IMG/VR virus record: IMGVR_UViG_3300021142_000004 | Strand: one strand, 5' to 3' | Length of the DNA: 64,000 bases | Source of the DNA: a virus | In this document: positions 58,452 through 64,000 of the stretch, one piece after another | Layout of the letters: the number at the start of each line of letters is the position of its first letter | How positions within the stretch are numbered: position 1 is the stretch's first letter | The notes under the pieces: model-generated | Seen by the model: the letters and a program-made list of their open reading frames with translations, nothing else | Database searches by the model: none | Told to the model about the DNA's origin: nothing | Position numbers and translations under genes: made by a program

Positions 58452-59192
58452 CTACATTAAATCTTCAATATTTATTATTGATACTTCTTTAGTTTTTTTA
58501 TTTCTTATTTTAATTTTTGTTTTACCTATGACACACTTACCTGTACCCGGATCTCCATGTAAAAGGATAATACCCTTGTCATTTTTCTTGTTTAATCTGT
58601 CAACAATAACATTATGTATCTCAAGAAATTTCTTCCCGTAATTCAACTCTAAATCAATATCTGGTACTATCAAATCATATTCTTCTTTATCCAAATGACC
58701 CATATCTGTTTTAACTAGGTTTATATTAGATTTCTTTTTAGGTCTTTCATATGTTTTAATGACATTAAAATCTAATTGTTCTTCCAAAGACCCTCTAGTT
58801 AGATTGTAATAAAAATCAATAGAGATTAGATCATTCTTTTTATCATTATCAAAATTAACAACAAACATTAATGTTTTTTTACGATTAACATATAATGTTA
58901 AATGATACATACTATGTTGTCTTTTGTTTGACTCAATCCTAACTTCTTTACTAAAACCTTCTTTATTAAAATATTCTAATATTGTTTGATCATAAAACAA
59001 TGTAGTTGAACGTTTTGAAGGTAATGAATCAAATAAATGTGTAAATAATTGTTCCGTTGGTAGATCTGCACCATATGCCTCATCATAGAAATTATAGTCT
59101 GTTGGTAAATAATTACCTATTTTTTTACTCATAAAATAATAATAATTGAAAATAATGATAAAATAAAGATTAATTAAGACATACTGGTTCAA
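58452..59192 (-). CDS. N-terminal half of an AAA ATPase fused to a 27-aa split intein N-fragment
   Basis: GIILLHGDPGTGK/CVIGKTKIKIRNKKTKEVSIINIEDLM*. Likely start is MSKKIG (~59132). Confidence 0.88.
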   Translation of the reverse strand: MNQYVLINLYFIIIFNYYYFMSKKIGNYLPTDYNFYDEAYGADLPTEQLFTHLFDSLPSKRSTTLFYDQTILEYFNKEGFSKEVRIESNKRQHSMYHLTLYVNRKKTLMFVVNFDNDKKNDLISIDFYYNLTRGSLEEQLDFNVIKTYERPKKKSNINLVKTDMGHLDKEEYDLIVPDIDLELNYGKKFLEIHNVIVDRLNKKNDKGIILLHGDPGTGKCVIGKTKIKIRNKKTKEVSIINIEDLM

Positions 59193-59478
59193 AACCAGTT
59201 ACATCCATGAAAATATTGTTTTTTTCTTCCTGTGGGTATTCTTTTTTTGCAATTGATATAACTTTTGTTGTCTTTCTCAAAAGTTCAAATTGAACTTCCG
59301 ATAACATTGGTTCACCATTCTTATCAAAATTCTTTTGAGCAATTTCTTCCAAATATTTGAAGAATATTTCTTCATCACCGTTATCTAAAAAATAACGTTT
59401 TGATTCTTCATTACTATTAAAGAATTTCTTTACTGTTTGGATATATATTAAAACTTCGGGTGACATATTCTCTATCAT
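59170..59478 (-). CDS. hypothetical protein
   Basis: 102 aa ORF ending in CLN. Confidence 0.6.
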   Translation of the reverse strand: MIENMSPEVLIYIQTVKKFFNSNEESKRYFLDNGDEEIFFKYLEEIAQKNFDKNGEPMLSEVQFELLRKTTKVISIAKKEYPQEEKNNIFMDVTGFEPVCLN

Positions 59479-59483
59479 AAATA

Positions 59484-60329
59484 TTAATAATTCATAATTA
59501 ATAATTCCAAACCTTCATTTTGTGTACCATCTTTTTTCGCTGATGCCGCCTTCTTAAACGCCTTAACTTCCCATCTATAACTTAATTTTGGAAACCATTG
59601 TTCCAATTTAGGGAAATCATAATATGATAGACTAAATCTACCCTGAATACGTTTTAAACGTGAAGCAAGTCTTTCATGGTCAGCACTATCAAAATCATGG
59701 TTGGAATAATAGTTTTCAGTTTTCCAATATGGTGGGTCCATGTAAAAATATGTTTTCTCAGAGTCATATTTCTTAATTACTTCCTCAAAATCCATATTTT
59801 CAATGAATGTAATCTTATCAAAATGTGCACGATATTCAGGATGTTTAAGTTTATCCAAGAAAATTAATACCTTACAACGATACTTCCCTTTATAATCCGT
59901 ATACTTTGCAGTCTCAGGTTTTGAACCAGAAAAAACTTGTGATAAGACATATACATATTTACAAGCAACTTCAAAATTAGGTTCATCTCCAATTACAAAC
60001 TCAGGATCAAATATTTCTTTTTGATACTGATTATACATTTCTCTATACTCTGGTGGTGTATTCTCAACACCTAATTGTTGACAAGGGTATTTACTTAATT
60101 CTTCATGTAATCTGTCATAATGTTTAGCACATTTCATTAAATTTGAATTAAGACCATTAAAGTCATTATATACCACCGTTTTTAAGTTTGGGTACTTATT
60201 CAAATCCATGTTAAAAAACACCCAAAACATACCTGAAAATCCTTCTACGTATGTTTCTATGTCTTGAGGGATGTATTCTACTATCCATTTACCTATTCTT
60301 GACTTACCACCAATGTAACTAATACACAT
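59484..60329 (-). CDS. DNA adenine methyltransferase (D12/Dam-like)
   Basis: YIGGKS, YND, YMDPPY and ELLIMNY motifs. Confidence 0.9.
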   Translation of the reverse strand: MCISYIGGKSRIGKWIVEYIPQDIETYVEGFSGMFWVFFNMDLNKYPNLKTVVYNDFNGLNSNLMKCAKHYDRLHEELSKYPCQQLGVENTPPEYREMYNQYQKEIFDPEFVIGDEPNFEVACKYVYVLSQVFSGSKPETAKYTDYKGKYRCKVLIFLDKLKHPEYRAHFDKITFIENMDFEEVIKKYDSEKTYFYMDPPYWKTENYYSNHDFDSADHERLASRLKRIQGRFSLSYYDFPKLEQWFPKLSYRWEVKAFKKAASAKKDGTQNEGLELLIMNY

Positions 60330-60740
60330 AATTTTTATTTTTTTCTGTACTTTTTTTTATTTTTTATTATTTCAATAACCTCATCAAATATAATTTTTTT
60401 TCTTGATAAAAAGAAATTACTTTCAAAATAAAATCCCTGATATATTTTTTCAGGAAACATTCTACCAACAATAAACATATTAACTAAACACTTTTTAATA
60501 TTTTCATATTGTTCAATTTCCCCCATTTCAGATAATAATTCATCTGCAACTTAGTATATAATATTAAATTCAGTATTTTCGGTAATTAACTCTTGTTGTT
60601 TTACTGACTGATCAAAATCTTTTTTTTTAATTAATTTATACTTTTATTGTGTGACAAATATAAATAAAATATTTTAAATAAAAAAATGAATCAAAAATTT
60701 TTTATTGATTAAATGATTTTTATTTTATATATTTAATATT

Positions 60741-60893
60741 ATGGGATGTACAAGTTGTAAAAAGAATTCAAATTATAAAGATCAAATAATTCAAAGTACT
60801 AAAAATGTTGAGAAAGGTATTGTATGGTTTAGTGTTATCTGGACATTATTAGCATTATATGGTCTATATAGTTTAATTAGAAATATTTTTTAA
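60741..60893 (+). CDS. small membrane protein starting MGCTSCKK (50 aa)
   Basis: Manual ORF with a C-terminal TM helix and a TAATG overlap with the next gene. Confidence 0.7.
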   Translation: MGCTSCKKNSNYKDQIIQSTKNVEKGIVWFSVIWTLLALYGLYSLIRNIF

Positions 60894-61531
60894 TGAAAAA
60901 TGGTAAATATTTTATAGTACTCTTTTGCAATAAAAAAAGAGTAAAAACGTTATATAGATGTAAAAAAAGACATACTGTTTATGAGTATTGGTACGAATTC
61001 AAGACTCAAAAGAAACCCCCATTTATAAAACTCCAAGGTAGAAAACGTAACCTAGAATTAACATATGAATTAGCACTGATCTTTCCAAATAATAGATGGG
61101 CAACAAACCCTTGGGTTAAAGATAGTTTAGGTAGAAATATTGAAGCTAAGATTGAAGATAATAAATTCCGTATAAAAGAAATGATCCCATATTGGGAAGA
61201 AGAACTTATATATGATTTCAGTATTAAAAAAAGAATACGTTATCATATTATGATGGAATATATTGAATCAATAAATGATGTTGCCCAAATATTCACATTA
61301 AATAATAAATTATTTGTTCAAGTTGAAAATGATATACGTTTATTTGGTAATAAGAATATTGCAGATACAGAAAGATTATTTGAAATTGTTCGAGCAGACT
61401 TATTGAAAAAGAAAAAAGGTAATTTTATCTTTGTTAAAGACATAACTACCTCTCAGAGAAAACAACTCTATGAACTATTAGAATCAAAAGGATTTAAAAG
61501 AACAGAATTATTTAGACACTATTCTTATTAA
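60893..61531 (+). CDS. hypothetical protein
   Basis: 212 aa ORF. Confidence 0.65.
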   Translation: MKNGKYFIVLFCNKKRVKTLYRCKKRHTVYEYWYEFKTQKKPPFIKLQGRKRNLELTYELALIFPNNRWATNPWVKDSLGRNIEAKIEDNKFRIKEMIPYWEEELIYDFSIKKRIRYHIMMEYIESINDVAQIFTLNNKLFVQVENDIRLFGNKNIADTERLFEIVRADLLKKKKGNFIFVKDITTSQRKQLYELLESKGFKRTELFRHYSY

Positions 61532-61745
61532 AGATAAAATCGGTATCACCAACTTTAACATTAAATGTTTCTTCTGGTAATTCCATATTCATTGCAAATT
61601 TACTTTGTATTGTAGAAAACATCTTTTTATATTCTTCCACACCTACTTCCAAAATCACCGTTTTAGATTTTGGTTTAATTTTTAATTTATCAAGCAAATC
61701 GGAAACTTGTGCAAGATCCACTAATAACTCATCTTTCTTTTCCAT
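61512..61745 (-). CDS. hypothetical protein
   Basis: 77 aa ORF. Confidence 0.55.
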   Translation of the reverse strand: MEKKDELLVDLAQVSDLLDKLKIKPKSKTVILEVGVEEYKKMFSTIQSKFAMNMELPEETFNVKVGDTDFIFNKNSV

Positions 61746-61948
61746 TATTTAATATTAAAAATTCTTTTTATTTTATCAAAAAAAGTTAATTTCTTTTTTG
61801 GTGGAAACATCTTGGTTTTATCCAATTGTTTAATTTCCTCAATCATCTTCTTCTTCTGAATCTGAATCTCTATCGAATCCTTCGTCAATTCCTTGTCCAA
61901 CCAAGTTAATGCTTGTTGAATCCTCCTGTCCGGTTTCTTGTTCTCCAT
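61745..61948 (-). CDS. hypothetical protein
   Basis: 67 aa ORF overlapping the upstream gene. Confidence 0.55.
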   Translation of the reverse strand: MENKKPDRRIQQALTWLDKELTKDSIEIQIQKKKMIEEIKQLDKTKMFPPKKKLTFFDKIKRIFNIK

Positions 61949-62330
61949 TATCTGATATAAAATTTAATTCTTTTAATTTATCTAATGATTGATTTTTAAA
62001 AAGAAGTTCTAACTCTTTTACTTTTGACATAAAGAGTTTATGTTTTTCTTCTTCTTCTTTATTAGTAACAATTATATCTAATGCACATGTTAATGCAACA
62101 TTATATCCTTCTTCAGTACCAACTGCAATCAATGATAGTAATGTAAATCTTTCATTCTTATCTTGTATCTTTGTCTTTATTGACCTATAAGGTTTAATTA
62201 TCTCATCATATGACCAATTTATTGGAACTTTAATATCCAAACTAACATTATTGTCAATCTCCCTTAATGAGAAAAAATAGGGTTTCAATTTTCTTATATA
62301 TTCAAACATTTCTTTTAATTTAAAAAACAA
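61839..62330 (-). CDS. hypothetical protein
   Basis: Coiled-coil region and acidic tail. Confidence 0.6.
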   Translation of the reverse strand: MFFKLKEMFEYIRKLKPYFFSLREIDNNVSLDIKVPINWSYDEIIKPYRSIKTKIQDKNERFTLLSLIAVGTEEGYNVALTCALDIIVTNKEEEEKHKLFMSKVKELELLFKNQSLDKLKELNFISDNGEQETGQEDSTSINLVGQGIDEGFDRDSDSEEEDD

Positions 62331-62491
62331 GTTATTATGTATGATGATGAAAAATATAAAATAATTTTTTCAATCTCATTTATTTTTATTGGAGTTGGTT
62401 CTTCTTGAAAGAATTTAAGACCAAACTCAATTAGAAATCGTAATGAATAAATAATACTCAATACGAATAAAAATACTTTAATCTGATGCAT
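62315..62491 (-). CDS. small two-TM membrane protein (58 aa)
   Basis: Manual ORF MHQIKVFLFVLSIIYSLRF...SYIITCFLN. Confidence 0.55.
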   Translation of the reverse strand: MHQIKVFLFVLSIIYSLRFLIEFGLKFFQEEPTPIKINEIEKIILYFSSSYIITCFLN

Positions 62492-62666
62492 TTTGTGATT
62501 GTATGTTTTTTAATATATCCTTTCTATAAACTGGTATCAAGGATTTTATTTCTTGAGCATATTTCCTTGCTCTTATTGATGCAGAATGGTTACCTTTTTG
62601 AGTAACTTTAGTTGTTTCAACAGACATTTTTTCTATAAGGTCTTTTATTTTTTGTAATGATTCCAT
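62478..62666 (-). CDS. histone H1-like protein (Hc1 family)
   Basis: KGN.SA..RARK...E.K......RK motif. Confidence 0.78.
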   Translation of the reverse strand: MESLQKIKDLIEKMSVETTKVTQKGNHSASIRARKYAQEIKSLIPVYRKDILKNIQSQNASD

Positions 62667-62704
62667 ATAATTACTGTTTTCAATATCAATATACGGAAAA
62701 AAAA

Positions 62705-63157
62705 TTATTTTTTCAAGTTTTGTTCTAAAATTTTATAAACTTCTAATAAAACATCCAATTCAGATCTAGTTTTTACATTGTTTATATTAAATAAATTATT
62801 CAAATAATTATTTATCTTAGTTTCATTTCCTTTAACTTGACATATATAAAATGCCTCAAGAAAGAAAACCCAAAAATATTCATAATGAGTTCCCCTTTCT
62901 CTAAAGAAAATTCTTTCTTTTTCAAAATTATTGATTGTTTTGTCCCAACACCAAGTGAAGTGTATTTTTTCATCCTTATCCTGAATGAATTTAGGACCAA
63001 GGTAAGTTGAATCTATTAACTCATATAATGAAATAAGAAAGTCGTGAAAGAGTTCTAATTTTTCACGACTTATATTATATGTTCTACACCAAACATCAAG
63101 TTGATGTTTGAAATTATCTAATGATATATCGTCTAAGTTTTCTTCTTTATATTCCAT
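62705..63157 (-). CDS. hypothetical protein
   Basis: TYLG and HF.WCW motifs. Confidence 0.6.
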   Translation of the reverse strand: MEYKEENLDDISLDNFKHQLDVWCRTYNISREKLELFHDFLISLYELIDSTYLGPKFIQDKDEKIHFTWCWDKTINNFEKERIFFRERGTHYEYFWVFFLEAFYICQVKGNETKINNYLNNLFNINNVKTRSELDVLLEVYKILEQNLKK

Positions 63158-63207
63158 AATTCCATAATATTAACAATATAAGAATAAAAGAAAACAAAAA
63201 GAAGATA

Positions 63208-64000
63208 TTATTGAGATTTTTTATTATAAGAATAAAGTTTCTTCATTTTATCTATCTCACTTTCAAGAATAACCTTTTTTTGAATAGATTCTTTAACCAC
63301 TTTTACTGGTTGAACATCTTTTTCATACATTGGTTGGTCTTCAATTTCCTTTTTCTTTCTTTTAGCAACTTTACCTATATTTTCTCCGGTTTTAGTTTTT
63401 ATTGAATTACCATTTTTTTGTGAATTACCCATTGTCGAATCCCCTTCTAACGCTTTTTTAACTCTTTCTTTAAATTGTTCTGATGGTTCATGATCATACT
63501 TTGCATCTTGTAATCCCATACCTCTGTTATCCTCAACATACTCATCTTCTTCTTTATTATTATTGAATTTAACAACTTCTTTTGTATTCTTACCTTTACC
63601 TATATGATGTGGAAATTCAGGATTATCATTACCCTCAAAAGATAAATAATCTTTCATTTTTTTATCAACATCTTTAATGTGTTGATCATTTTCTTTACCA
63701 CTATCATTTCTTGATTTTTTTGCCGCAGTTAAACCTGGTATTGATTCTTTAACAATTTGTTTAATTACCTCAGCAAATTCACTTTCACTTAAACGAATTG
63801 TTCTTTTACCTTCATTTAATGATGGTTCACCCATGATATTAGAAATATCTTTATAGTGTTCTCTTGGTGATTTATGGTAACTTGAGAATTTATCTGTACC
63901 CATTTCATGTTTTTTACCTTTACATTTCTTACATACAGATCCAAATTGGTTTTCACCAGTTCCATGACAATGTGAACATGGTTTTGGAACATTTAATTCC
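63208..64000 (-). CDS. probable internal head/late protein with CxxCxGxG zinc finger (5' end outside window)
   Basis: The frame stays open to the edge (...PCSHCHGTG...CKKCKG...). Contains RLSESE and ILESEI.KMK.L motifs. Confidence 0.6.
   Translation of the reverse strand, partial: ELNVPKPCSHCHGTGENQFGSVCKKCKGKKHEMGTDKFSSYHKSPREHYKDISNIMGEPSLNEGKRTIRLSESEFAEVIKQIVKESIPGLTAAKKSRNDSGKENDQHIKDVDKKMKDYLSFEGNDNPEFPHHIGKGKNTKEVVKFNNNKEEDEYVEDNRGMGLQDAKYDHEPSEQFKERVKKALEGDSTMGNSQKNGNSIKTKTGENIGKVAKRKKKEIEDQPMYEKDVQPVKVVKESIQKKVILESEIDKMKKLYSYNKKSQ

Noticed and set aside
630-63405. Short antisense or nested ORFs in the track (e.g. 630-839, 1431-1640, 16552-16899, 46790-47233, 47816-48133, 57352-57840)
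   Set aside because: They are shadows of well-supported genes, with no motifs or expression signals.
1-64000. Stop-codon reassignment (code 15 or 4, as in Lak or some crAss-like phages)
   Set aside because: Code 11 gives dense, full-length genes, and TAG and TGA end genes at sensible positions (e.g. 30240, 13072, 4037).
1-64000. tRNA, rRNA or other structured ncRNA genes
   Set aside because: Intergenic gaps are short and AT-rich, and I saw no cloverleaf or T-loop consensus by eye. A tRNAscan or Infernal run would be needed to exclude them fully.

Overview
This is a very AT-rich, gene-dense 64 kb segment of a large (jumbo/huge) tailed dsDNA phage read in standard code 11. The host is probably Bacteroidota: there are recurrent TTTG-N20-TAnnTTTG promoters, A-rich starts without Shine-Dalgarno sequences, and an Hc1-like histone gene. 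Layout: 1-30 kb (mostly minus strand) carries DNA, RNA and nucleotide metabolism genes (UvrD helicase, UvsE, CCA-adding enzyme, split NAMPT, AAA ATPase, phosphatases, ThyA, DHFR, DNA methyltransferases, M23 lysin, PcfJ-like protein). 30.3-41.8 kb is a 14-gene plus-strand glycan synthesis/transfer operon. 42-56.7 kb holds Gly/Thr-rich fibre genes surrounding a sulfotransferase/APS-kinase/glycosyltransferase cassette. 56.7-64 kb has redoxins, an AAA ATPase with a split intein, a methyltransferase and small genes. The most notable pattern is three conserved enzymes broken next to decayed homing-endonuclease genes, each apparently rescued differently. (i) A metallophosphoesterase has a GC-rich hairpin, a take-off codon, a stop and a 5-nt gap, suggesting a minimal ribosomal bypass. 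(ii) NAMPT is split into two ORFs with complementary acidic and basic tails. (iii) The AAA ATPase is split inside Walker A by an atypical split intein. No tRNA, rRNA or CRISPR array was recognised. All family calls come from motifs recognised by eye, not from database searches.
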